Shown here: piece by piece, positions 49,531 to 60,800 of the stretch | How the letters are laid out: each line of letters starts with the position of its first letter | Position numbering within the stretch: the first letter of the stretch is position 1 | DNA from: the human T2T-CHM13v2.0 reference genome, Homo sapiens | Length of the DNA: 64,000 nucleotides | Reading direction: 5' to 3' (one strand) | NCBI RefSeq assembly: GCF_009914755.1 | Contig: NC_060947.1 | Notes under the pieces: generated by a model | What the model was told of the DNA's origin: nothing | Databases searched by the model: none | Seen by the model: only the letters and a program-made list of their open reading frames with translations | Position numbers and translations under genes: made by a program

Positions 49531-50174
49531 CAAAGGCATTATGACTATGTGTCCTGCTTCTACCAGGTGGGCAACATACTAAATAAAGGTTACATTTTTA
49601 TGATACACTAATAATTGTTGAGTACAGTGGCTTGGTTCTGAAGTTCAAGCATTAAATGTCTCATATAATCCAGGTATCTGGCTTATGTGCAAGTATGAAC
49701 ACAGGCAATGAATGTTGAGCTGCTCCACAAGTTCTCCTTTACCTGCCCTTCCCAGTTGGATAAATTTTGCTGTTGCTTTGAAGGAATAAGGCTGAACTGA
49801 GTTGGATACAACTGGACCTGAAGCAGCCCACAAACTCTGGAGAAGTTGAGGCTAGAGAATTCCAGCTCCTTAGATACTCTGTGTTTTAGGGCTTACTCTT
49901 AGGATCCTAACTGGAAGCAACTCCTAATTCTGCCCTAAAGAGGATCTAAGTTATTAAAGAGGAACCTCTTGGTTATATTCTGACCTGGGTTAATGGGATT
50001 CTCTAGGTCTGTGCCAGTCACGTATTGAACTAGCATGCTGATTCACTCTGCACTGCTCTTTCCCTTGTTAAAAGTCAGATAAAAGAATTAATCTCAAGAA
50101 TTGTATTCAGATCAGTGTATACTACTTGAAAGTAGTGAACCCCACTCATTACTTCTTGTCTCTGGTCTTGTGTA

Positions 50175-50325
50175 TTGACTGTCCTCCCTGGTCCGCCATT
50201 AGAATATAAGATCCATGAAGGTAGGGATTTTTGTTTGTTTCATTCACCACCATATCCCCAGTTCATAGAACAGTAGCTGACACATAGTGGGTGTTCAATA
50301 AATATTTGTCAATAATTAATGAATC
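50175..50325 (+). mobile_element. L2 3' end
   Basis: 'tagaatataagatccatgaaggtagggattttt...agaacagtagctgacacatagtgggtgttcaataaatatttgtcaataattaatgaat'. Confidence 0.88.
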
Positions 50326-51009
50326 ATATAGCTAGCATTCTGTTTGGGAAAGGCAACACCATGAGATGCTAGAGCTAAAAAAAAAAAAAACCTTGGAAAG
50401 CTTCTGGTGAAACAGTGGTAGTTTACTTTGCCAAGAAGTTGGTCAACACAGTCTCCCAGAGTGAGTTCAATCTACATCATGGTCCTGCTGTCCACATGGT
50501 ACTAAATGAGGCCTCACTCATGTATTTCTCCAGCCCATGACCATCTGTCAAGCACAAGGCCGATACACAGAGATGTTATTCACATTCCTAGCTAGATATC
50601 TCATATGCACTTAAATACAACACACCAATTGGTCTCATTAGCTGATGCTTTTGAGGATATTAATGAGAAAAACTGATTAATGGCATAATTGATCAACTAT
50701 ATATCAAATCAAGTTTTTCACTTTGGCTGCCAGGATAGCACCTGCTCAAGCCCAAATGGTTGGCCTATTTTTGTCTTACTCTATTCCAGCCCATATTTCC
50801 TAATCTAATTTATGTTTCCCCTGGTCTTAGAGCTTTATTTATTTAACTATTTTTCTTGTGTACTTTCTGCAAGTCATTTCATGTTTTTTGTGGAATTAAG
50901 CACATTAGGAATAAAAGGAAGCAATTATGATCCTTTTCTGCAAACTTCCTTCCCTCCTTCTATCCTCTATTCTGTTTTTTCTGGCCCTCCCCTTTCTGGC
51001 ATCTACAAG

Positions 51010-51625
51010 TAAGAACTTCCCTACTGGTTTCTCTAACTCTCTTGAGTCTTGCCCACACCTAGTTTATATTCCATAAAGTTGCCAAAAAACACTTTCTAAA
51101 ATACATCCTTGGTAATGTTCTTTGCCTGTTATAACCTCTTCATTGATGACCCTCCACTCCCTAGGAATGAAATTCAGACTTCATTGTACAGAAATGAAGG
51201 CTAAACTCTGAAGATACGCCTCTTCATGCTTCTCCTCCCACATCCTTCAGTTGGACTAGATCAAATCTCTTTCACCCGCCTGGAGTGCTCTATGCTCTTC
51301 TACATCCACATGTATTCACATGAGCTGTCCTCTCTCTGTGGAAACTTTGCTTTGACTCATCAAGTTCTACAGCTTTCAGGACTCAGTTCACGTGTAACTA
51401 ATGTCTCCTGGAAAGTGTTCCAAACCCCACTTGATCCTATTTCTTATAGAACACCTGTGCCGTCTATTTTCCTTTCCTATAGTCCTTATACCACAGTTGT
51501 ACAATTATTTGTGTTCAGCTTTTTCTAATTTTCTGTGAGTTCCTCAACCACACTATATTATCTTCACAGTTTTTCCCAGAGACCTTTGAGGATTGCTTGG
51601 CACGTAGGAGATAATTGATATTAAT
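51010..51625 (+). mobile_element. L2 fragment
   Basis: 'ccctactggtttctct', 'ctttctaaaatac', 'tcaggactcagttcacgtgtaac...ctcctggaaag', 'gcttggcacgtaggag'. Confidence 0.6.
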
Positions 51626-51639
51626 GCTAAGCACAATGG

Positions 51640-51840
51640 CCAATATTTTTACAAGGTACTGTGTACTAAACACTGTTCTTCTATAATAACACTAGGAGAT
51701 AGATATTATTGTTAAACACATGTTGTAGATAAGGAAACTGAGGCAAAGATATAGTAAGTAACTTACCCAAGGTAACCTGGTAGGTTCTGAGGCCAGGATC
51801 CAAACAATAAAATATGGCTCCAGAGCCACTTTTCTTAAAA
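51640..51840 (-). mobile_element. MIR SINE
   Basis: 'tagataaggaaactgaggcaaagat...aagtaacttacccaaggtaac...tggctccagagccca'. Confidence 0.8.
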
Positions 51841-52216
51841 ACAAGGAGATTCCCTTACAGTAAATGATTCCAAATAAAGAAAATAGTCTTCAGAGAAATT
51901 AAGGTGTATGTCCAAGGCCAATAATGAATCACTAGTAAATATTCTAAGATAAACATAGATTAATTTTAAAAATCAGTGATGTTGTTGGATGATGGTTGTG
52001 ATTGTGGTCTCCAAGTTGTGATTCCTCCAGGGTAATGAGTAGTTCTGATTGTTAGGTTATTAATAGACTTCTTAAGGCTGTCCATTCAAAGTGAAATAAA
52101 TATTAAATTCTTAATAGAATTTAAGTTTAGGTTTCAATGGAACCCATAAAGGACATCCCCAAGAGAAAATGTTTCCTTCTGGTTCCAGTTCTGCACCTGA
52201 GTTGTGGCAAGTGTGG

Positions 52217-52585
52217 TGATATGCTTTGGCTGTGTCCCCACCCAGATCTCATCTTGAACTGTAACTCCCACAATTCCCATGTGTTGTGGGAGGAACCCAG
52301 TGGGAGGTGATTGAATTACGGGGGCAGGCCTTTCCTGTGCTGTTCTCATGATAGTGAATGAGTCTCAAGAGATCTGATGGCTTTAAAAATGGGAGTTTCC
52401 CTGCATAAGCTCTCTCTTTGCCTGCTGCCATCCATGTAAGACATAACTTACTCCTCCTTGCCTTCCACTATGGTTGTGAGGCCTCCCCAGCCATGAGGAA
52501 CTATAAGTCCATTAAACCTCTTTTGTTTGTAAATTGCTTAGTCTCTGGTATGTCTTTATCAGCAGCATGAAAATGGACTAATACA
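52217..52585 (+). mobile_element. THE1 solo LTR (THE1C-like), perfect 5-bp TSD
   Basis: 'tgatatgctttggctgtgtccccaccca' ... 'gaaaatggactaataca'; TSD tgtgg at 52212-52216 and 52586-52590. Confidence 0.95.
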
Positions 52586-52645
52586 TGTGGTTATGAACAT
52601 CACTTAACCTTTAGCCTCTTGGGAACATTATAAATGATTTGTAGT

Positions 52646-53106
52646 TGTCTTGGTCCTCTGAGAAACAGATGCCAAGATGAGATTAAATTTGTCAGAAACT
52701 TAGTAGGAGACTTGCTTGTGAGAGAAAACTGGGAGGCAGCTAGAAGAGGCTGGAAGAGCCATCAGACTGCAATGCAGGTCTAAACCCAAGTGAAGAACAT
52801 AGGGAAGGAAGGAAGCTTGAGTGGAAGCATCTTAATCTGTAATGCAGTTATAAGATAGACTGGCAATACTGTAGGGGAATCCTTGTGCTTGTCACCCATC
52901 AGAGGAATCCTCTCAGGAATATGCTCACTTTGGTACGCTTGCTGTCCTTAGTCATTAGCTGTGAGGAGCCCCTCCAAGCTGTCATTACCTGAGAAGAGTT
53001 GCTTTGGAGCAAAAGGCAGATGGATTACAGAATATGACAACTGGGACTGCTAGTCCACTGAAATCCTCAGAGTAGAAGATCTAAGATGCATTCTCTTGGC
53101 CACCAC
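52646..53106 (-). mobile_element. ERVL LTR16-family LTR (LTR16E-like)
   Basis: 'tgtcttggtcctctgagaaacagatgccaagatgagatta...gatctaagatgcattctcttggccaccaca'; homologous to 56095-56506. Confidence 0.7.
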
Positions 53107-53659
53107 ACATTTTACTAGCCTACTGTCTTTGAAATCAGTGAAAGTTGTTATTATTAAGTTTTGCTCTTGAGTCACAAAAGTGACTTATAAGCTCTGTTCT
53201 TCCAAGCATAGTGGGATATTTTTTTATTTTGAGATATTATGAGATTCTTTTTATTCAGAACACATTAAAATCAAAGGAACTGACTTGACAAAGGACAAAA
53301 GAACTACTATATTAAAATTTAACTGTATACCTTTGGGTAAATTAGTTAATATATCTATTGTTGGATTTCGGTTTAAGTGCAGTTAACAAATGAGCATTTC
53401 CCTTTAACAGTTCCTGAAGTGGAGAAGATAGGTAAGAGAATGGGTGGGGGACATTGGGAAGCAAGTGTTTTCATAAACACCACAGAAAACGTCAGCACTC
53501 TACTTCTAAACCAGACCACCTTCTGAGACTTGACTTCATCTATCACTCTCTGATTGCATATTCTATATCTCCACTCTCTTATTATGCATGTATTAAATTT
53601 GGCAAACCTTTTAAGAAATATAGGTAAGTAAATCAAGCAATATTAAAACTATGAAATAT

Positions 53660-54070
53660 TATGACCTCAAGATAATCACTGTTAACATTTTGGTGTCAAC
53701 TTCCTAACATTTTCCAATGAAAATATATGCATTTTCAAATTAGAATAACACTGTAATTACTATTAATATTTTGCAATATACATTTTCACTTCTATGTTAT
53801 GAATATTTAGTAAATATTAGGTATCTGTCGCCAGTTTTTATGACTTCACGGTATTCATACTTTTCATGTATGTACTACAATGTATTGAAACAATTTCCTA
53901 TTGTAAGCCATTCAGACACAATAGTTTCTGGTTCTTCACTATTTATAAACAATTCAGTCATACATATCTTGTGAATTTGTTTTTTGTAACTTGTCTGATT
54001 TGTTTCTGAAGACCAGTTTCTCAACATAGAATTGCTGGATCAAAAAATATGAAATTATTTAAGGAAACAC
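53660..54070 (-). mobile_element. Ancient L1ME 3' fragment
   Basis: 'agataatcactgttaacattttggtg', 'aacaatttcctattgtaagccattcag', 'tagaattgctggatcaaa'. Confidence 0.65.
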
Positions 54071-54559
54071 AATAGGATACAAAGCACATTGAGGTTATGC
54101 CATGAGTGGTGGTCAATATTGGCAAGAAAAAGGTTAGTTTGACCTGTGGATTTCCCATTTTTTTGAGGAATCTAAAGGATTTAGTGCTGCCTCATTTTAT
54201 TTCAAAAAATTGATCCCCCCTTCCCTTCTAGTGGCACCAGGGGAGGATTCTCAGAACCTTGTGAAGATGTGCATTTTCTTCAGGGTAGAGCTAGAATGCT
54301 TGGGAAGAACAGAGGTAGAAAGACTAAAGTGATCACAGGAAAAAGAAAAAAAAAAGTTTGGGGGAAACACAGTAAGAGAAAATGAGGTCTCCAAAGTGCC
54401 ATCTCAGGCAGATTCTGTATACACTGAAAGATAATCCAAAATAAGTGAATGTTTTATACCTCTTGGACTCTGATCACATGTGACCATGTAATAGTTAAAT
54501 ATTTTTTCTTACTGATAATGGCTCCTGAATAAGATGCCAGGTATAATAATCATAACAAA

Positions 54560-54920
54560 AGTATGGCAATTATGAAATGCACTGGCTATTTGTTCACCGA
54601 TATTCATGTTCTCTTCCTCCTTGTCACTTGACATTTCCTAGGGTCCCTTGTAATTGAATTATGGTCAATGGAATGTAAACAGATATACTTCACATCTGTT
54701 TGATATGGGAATACATCTTCCTATTATTTTCCATGTTATCTTCCTTTCTTTGTCTGGTGATGGAGCCACATGATGGAAGAAGTCTTATTTCCTAAATGAC
54801 TACATGAAACAGGACCCCTGGGTGACCTGCCCTGGACCATGACGTGAACAATGAATAAACTTTTATTGAGGCAAGTCGCTGATTTGGGGGTTGTTTTAGC
54901 AGTCAGGTAATACTGGCACA
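54560..54920 (+). mobile_element. MLT1J-like LTR
   Basis: 'cactggctatttgttcaccgatattcatgttctcttcctcc', 'aataaacttttattgaggcaagtcgctgatttgggggttgttttagcag'. Confidence 0.65.
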
Positions 54921-55314
54921 CTTATATTTTAAATAACTCAAATTATCCCAAATGGTTGAGTGTTTCATTTAATTCTCATTAGATATTTGCCCTTACAGTG
55001 TTTCCTTGTATGACAGAAAGAGAAACAATTCCTGGTGGGACAATCCCTTAGTCTATCTTAGGGGCTACAGAATGGCAATGTACTGAAGCTGGAAATGGCT
55101 TTAGCCACTGTTCTGTCAGATATTTTCTAAACTCTAGGCTTTGACTAGGTAGACTAGAAATGTTTGGCAATTTCTCTCATTCACTAGGTATTTCCTGTTC
55201 AGCTGTTCACACTTGGACTCAGAATATTTAGAAATATAATTTAGGGATTGGTGTTCACAATTCTCCCCCAATCTTCTTTATTAGTCTCTCAAAATGAGGT
55301 TCGGTAACAAGACA

Positions 55315-55616
55315 GGGCAACATGATGTAATGGAAAGAACAGATAATTAATATTTGGGTTCTTGATTGCATTTGTTCCTTTGATTTTTTTTCTCTTTTTG
55401 CGTTGCACAAACCAACTAACATCTCTCTAAGACTCAGCTCTTTCAGTCTATAAAACAGGGATAATAATATCTGCAGTACTTTCTCAAAGTGTAGTTGTGA
55501 GAATAAAAAGAGATCATAAATGTGAGACTGTGTAAATATCTTTAAAGGACCATACAAATTCATGGCATTATAGCAAAAATAAATTATTATTATTATTATT
55601 ATTACTATTATTATTG
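55315..55616 (+). mobile_element. MIR SINE with (TTA)n tail
   Basis: 'aacatctctctaagactcagctctttcagtctataaaacagggataataatatct'; (tta)n at ~55583-55615. Confidence 0.7.
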
Positions 55617-55715
55617 ATTTTCTCCTTGGTGTAACTCTTAATGTTATGTGGATCTATGATGGGCTTGGGTGGAGGAAGATAATTAATGGGAAACAAGAAA
55701 TAAAACGAGGCTGAT

Positions 55716-56040
55716 CACAATGGTTTTCATCCTTGGCTGGCCATAGGAATCACCTATGATGCCTTATAAAATTCATGTACCTCAAAATTTTAGCTCAAGA
55801 GGACTAGAATGGGCTTAGATTATTATGTTGTGCAGCCAGAATGGAGAGTCACTGGTGTATAATCCAGCACAGTGGCTTCCTACTTGTATTAGACTTACCC
55901 AGAAATTTTGAAAAAATAGATTGGCCTGCAGTCCCTCTACCATCCCCACTCCAGATGTCCCAATTTAGTCAGTGTAAATGGGGTTCAGGAATTTGCCTTA
56001 TGACTTGTCTCCCCATGTGTTCTGATGCAACTCAGTACAT
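55716..56040. mobile_element. Two adjacent MER5-type fragments
   Basis: 'caatggttttcatccttggctggccataggaatcacct' and 'cagtggcttcctacttgtattagacttaccc...ggggttcaggaatttgcc...tgttctgatgca'. Confidence 0.6.
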
Positions 56041-56043
56041 GGT

Positions 56044-56598
56044 TAGGGTGACTATATAATTTTTATAGTCCAAATTAGAACACTTTTGACTCATGTGTTA
56101 TTCTGAATCCTCTGAGAAGCAGATGGCCAAATGGAGTTAGACATATGAGAAATGTATTAGGGGAAATGCCTATGAGAGAAAATAGGGAGAGGGCCAAAAG
56201 AGGCTGGAAGTGCTGTCAGACTTTGATGGAGGTCTGACCCCAAGTGAAGGAAAAAAGGAAGGGAAAAAAAGGATGGATAGAAGCACAGTGTAATTCTAAG
56301 AAAGTTCAGCAAGATAATAGGGGAGTCCTCAAGCCAAAGCTCGGTGTTAGAGAAATTCTGCACCACCCAGAAATGGGCAGGTGTCCTGCCATGGGGGAAG
56401 TGGAATCAACGCAAGCATGGAGTAGATTGCAGAGCATAGTACCTGAGGCGATCAATTACACCCCCTGCAGTTGAAGATCATAGAGGTATATTTTCACAGC
56501 CACCATGAACAAATATGGGGGCATCTTTAGTAATTTCACTCAGGCAGCAGGTGTAAATGAGAGTTGTTCTGTTCAAAGCAGGACATAAGGACACTTTC
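56044..56598. mobile_element. MER81 (hAT-Blackjack MITE) split by an LTR insertion
   Basis: 'tagggtgactatataattt...gtccaaattagaacacttttga' resumes after 56506 with 'ggggcatc...caggtgtaaatgagagttgttc...aaagcaggacataaggacac'. Confidence 0.7.
56095..56506 (-). mobile_element. ERVL LTR16-family LTR (LTR16E-like)
   Basis: 'tcctctgagaagcagatggcc...tattaggggaaatgcctatgagagaaaat...ctgcagttgaagatcatagaggtatattttcacagccacca'. Confidence 0.7.
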
Positions 56599-56629
56599 TC
56601 CGTGGTCTGCACTTGGGAAACACAAGGGT

Positions 56630-56872
56630 TAAGAGCTTTGTAATCAGTGGATATGATACGGAAACAGTTTTCAAGCTAGCCTACCTAATTTAACTGTAAC
56701 TAGTTCCTTGGGGGAACCTAATTAACCTTACTAAACTTCAGTTTACTCATTAGCAAAATGAGAATACAACTAATTGCAACAATTGCATTGTCAGTTTGTT
56801 GTGTCGAGAAAAAGAAATTATATACATGAATCAATTAACATATAAGGTGCTCAGTCAATGACGCTATTAGTA
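56630..56872 (+). mobile_element. MIR SINE
   Basis: 'ttaaccttactaaacttcagtttactcattagcaaaatgagaata...taaggtgctcagtcaatg'. Confidence 0.65.
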
Positions 56873-57774
56873 TTTTTTTAGTTTATCTGGAGAGATAATA
56901 TATACCCCTCAAATATTATCCGTGCCAGCTCCAAGTTCCACCATGCAACCCATCCCATGAGGTCTCAGCGTTGCAGAATTAGATTGGACAGTAACAGGCA
57001 AACAACTTAGAAAACACTTGCTGATGGAGTTGAAATTTGAACAATTATCAGAGAAGCTTTACTTTCTTAGAGATGCCATTGTGTAAGGAGCCTGATCAGC
57101 TTTTTTGCAAGCCTAGCATTGATAATTTCTCCACAGTTCGTCAGAATTATTTTCTAGTCTGATACAAGAGCCACTAACTCATTTTTAAATCAGGGCTTTT
57201 TCCTCCTCTTCCTATGTTTGACTGCAAGAGACAGTACTTTTTGACTCTTCAGAGTATGGAGAATAGCTTTAGATAGTAAGTATTTTTAAATTGTAATAAC
57301 AACAATACATAAGAAAATTAATGGAATTCATTTTAAGTCTGTACATTAAACATAGAGGTTATAAACTAGTCAGATATGTGTGGGAGGATTTTTTTCTAGT
57401 ATGTACCAATTCAGAGAGAACACTTAAAACACTTATTGCTTATAATTTACAAAAGGTTTTTTTTGCTCTAATGTTACAGTTAAGCCCACTCTGAAAACAG
57501 TATCCACCACGCTACTAAACATGACAGGTTTTTACAATCTTAATTAGCTAGAGAATGCCCTTTTTGAAATGAGGTTAATTCCAGCTATTAATTTACCCCC
57601 TGGAGAACAAATCTGCCAAACATGCTTATTACCTGTTCCTGTGAACAAGCAGTTCATCCACTAGCATCCTCAACACTCTCTCTGCCAGCCTTTGGCCTCC
57701 TCTCTCCCAGTGATCCAGATGTGTCTGATGGTGGAGAAGGTTTTTTGCTAAGCGAGGTTTCTTTATTACTCTTT

Positions 57775-57879
57775 GATTTTTAAAAAATAAACAGGTTTAT
57801 GAAAATATAATTCTAAATCCACATGTTTTAACTATTTAAACTATGCACTAAATGGCTTTAGTGTACTCATGTTGAGCAT
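57775..57879 (-). mobile_element. L1MB-like 3' terminal fragment
   Basis: 'acaggtttatgaaaatataattc...tttaaactatgcactaaatggctttagtgtactca'. Confidence 0.55.
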
Positions 57880-57883
57880 GAAA

Positions 57884-60800
57884 ATGTTGAGCACCTTTTC
57901 ATATGCCTGTTGGCCATTTGTATGTCTTCTTCTGAGAAACATCTACTCAAATCTTTTGCCCATTTTTGATTAGATTATTTTTTTCTATAGAGTTGTTTGA
58001 GTTCCTTATATATTATGGTTATTAATCCCAAGTCATATGGGTAGTTTGCAAATATTTACTCTCATTCTGTGGGTTGTATCTTCACTTTGTTGACTATACC
58101 CTTTGCTGTGCAGAAGCTTGTTAACTTGATGTGATCCCATTACTCTATTTTTGCTTTGGTTGCCTGTGCTTGCGTGGTGTTACTCAAGAAATGTTTTCCC
58201 AGACTAATATCCTGGAGTTTCCCCAATGTTTTCTTGTAGTAGCTTCTTAGTTTGAGGTCTTAGGTTTAAGTCTTTAATCCACTTATTTGATTTTTGTATA
58301 TGGCGAGAGATGGAAGGCTAGGTTCATTCTTCTGCATATGGATATCCAGTTTTCCCAGCACCATTTATTGAAAAGACTGTATTTTCCCCAGTGTATGTTC
58401 TTGGCACCTTTGTCAAAAATGAGTTCACTATAGGTGTGTGCATTTGTTTCTGGGTTCTCTTTTCTGTTCCATTGGTCTAAGTGTCTGATTTTATGCCAGT
58501 ACCATACTGTTTTGGTTACTATAGCTCTGTAGGATAATTTGCAGTCAAGTAATGTGATTCCTCCAGTTTTGTTCTTTTTACTTAGGATAGCTTTGACTAT
58601 TCTGGGCCTTTTGTGGTACCATATACACTTTAGGATAGTTTTTTTTTTTCTATTTCTGTGAAGAATGTAACTGGTATGTTGATAGGAATTGGATTAATCT
58701 GTAGATTGCTTTGTGTACTATGGACATTTTAACATTAGTGATTTTTTTAATCCATGAATATGAAATATCTTTCCATTTTTGGTGTTCTCTTCAATTTCTT
58801 TCATCAGTGTTTTATAGTTTTTATTATAGAGATTTTTCACTTCTCTGGTTAATTTCTAGGTATTTAATTTAATGTGTGGCTCTTGTATTAATTTTAAATT
58901 TCTTTTTCACATTGTTCACTGTTGGCATGTAGAAATACTACTGATTTTTGTATGTTGATTTTGTAACCCACAACATTACTGAATTAGTTTAATAGTTTTT
59001 TTATGGAGTCTTTAGGTTTTCCAATATATAAGATCATATCATCTGCAAACAAGGATAATTTGACTTCTTCCTTTCCAATTTGGAAGCCCTTTATATCTTT
59101 CTTTTGTCTAATTGCTCTAGCTGGGACTTCCAGTACTATATAGAGTGACAGTGGTAATAGTGGGCATCCTTGTCGTGTTCCAGATCTTAGAGGGAAGGTT
59201 TTCAGTTTTTCCCCATTTAGGATGACACTAGCTGTGAGTCTGTTGTATATGGTTTTTATCATGTTGCGGTATGTTCCTTCTATACCCAGTTTTTTAGAGT
59301 TTTTATCTTAAGGGATATTGAATTTTATTAAATGCTTTTTCAGCATCAATTGAAATGATCATATAGTTTTTATCCTTCACTCTGTTGATATGATGCATCA
59401 CATTGATTGATTTGCATATGTTGAACCATCCTTGCCTCCCAGGGATAAAACCCACTTGGTCATGATGGATGATCTTTCTAATGTATTGTTGAATTTGGTT
59501 TGGTAGTATTTTGTTGAGAATTTTTGTATCAATATTCATTAGATATATTGGCCTGTAGTTTTCTTTTTTGATGTGTTTTGGTCTGGTTTTGGTATCAGGG
59601 TAATACTGGCCTTGTAGAATGAGTTTGGAAGTATTCATGCCTTCTCTATTTTTCCAAATAGGTTGAGTAGAATTGGTATTAGTTCTTCTTTAAATGTTTG
59701 ATAGAATTAAGCAGTAAAGCCATTGGTCCCAGGCTTTTCGTTAGTGGGAGAATTTTTATTACAGCTTTGACCTTGTTACTTGTTATTGGTCTGTTCAGGT
59801 TTTGAGTTTCTTCATGGTTCAGCCTTGGTAGGTTGTATGTGTTTAGGAATTTGTTCATTTCTTCTAGGTTTTCCAAATTTATTGGCATATAGTTGCTCAT
59901 AGTAGCCACTAGTGATCCTTTGAATTTCTGCAGTATCAGTTGTAATGTCTCTGGTTTCATTTCTGATTTTATTTATTTGCATCTTCTCTCTTTTTTTCTT
60001 AGGCTAAATGTTTGTCAATTTTGTTTAAGTTTTCAAAAAGCCAACTTTTTGTTTCATTTATCTTTTGTATTGTTTTCTTCATTTAAATTTCATCTTCTCT
60101 GATCTTTATTATTTCTTTTCTCCTACCAATTTTGAATTTGGTTTTCTCTTGCTTTTCTTGTTCTTTAAGATGCATCATTAGATTGTTCATTTGAAGTTTT
60201 TCCTCTTTTTTTGATGTAGGCATTTATAACTATAAACTTCCCTTTAAGTACTGCTTTTGCTATATTCCACAGCTTTTGGTATGTTGTGTTTCCATTATAA
60301 TTTGTTTCAAGAAATTTTTCAATGTTTTTCTTAATTTCTTCATTGACCCACAGGTCATTTGGGAGCATATTGTTTAATTTTCATGTATTTGTATAGTTTC
60401 CAAATTTTCTCTTTTTTTATTTTCTAATTTTATTCCATTGTGGTCAGAGAAGATGCTTGATATTATTTCCGTTTTTTGAATGTTTTTAGACTTGTTTTGT
60501 GACCTAACATATGGTCTATCCTTGAGAATGATCCATGTGCTGAGGAAAAGAATTTGTATTCTGCAGCCATTGGATAAAATGTTCTATAGGTTTCTACTAG
60601 ATCCAGTTAGTCTATAGTGCAGATTAAGTGTGATATTTCTTTGTTGCTTTTCTGTCTGGAAGATCTGTCCAATGCTGAAAATGGGGTGTTGAAGTCTCCA
60701 GCTATTATCGTATTTGGGTCTATCTCTTTAGATCTAATACTATTTCCTTTATATAGCTGGGTGTTCCAATGTTTCTTCTTGTTTGTTTTAAATTATTTCA

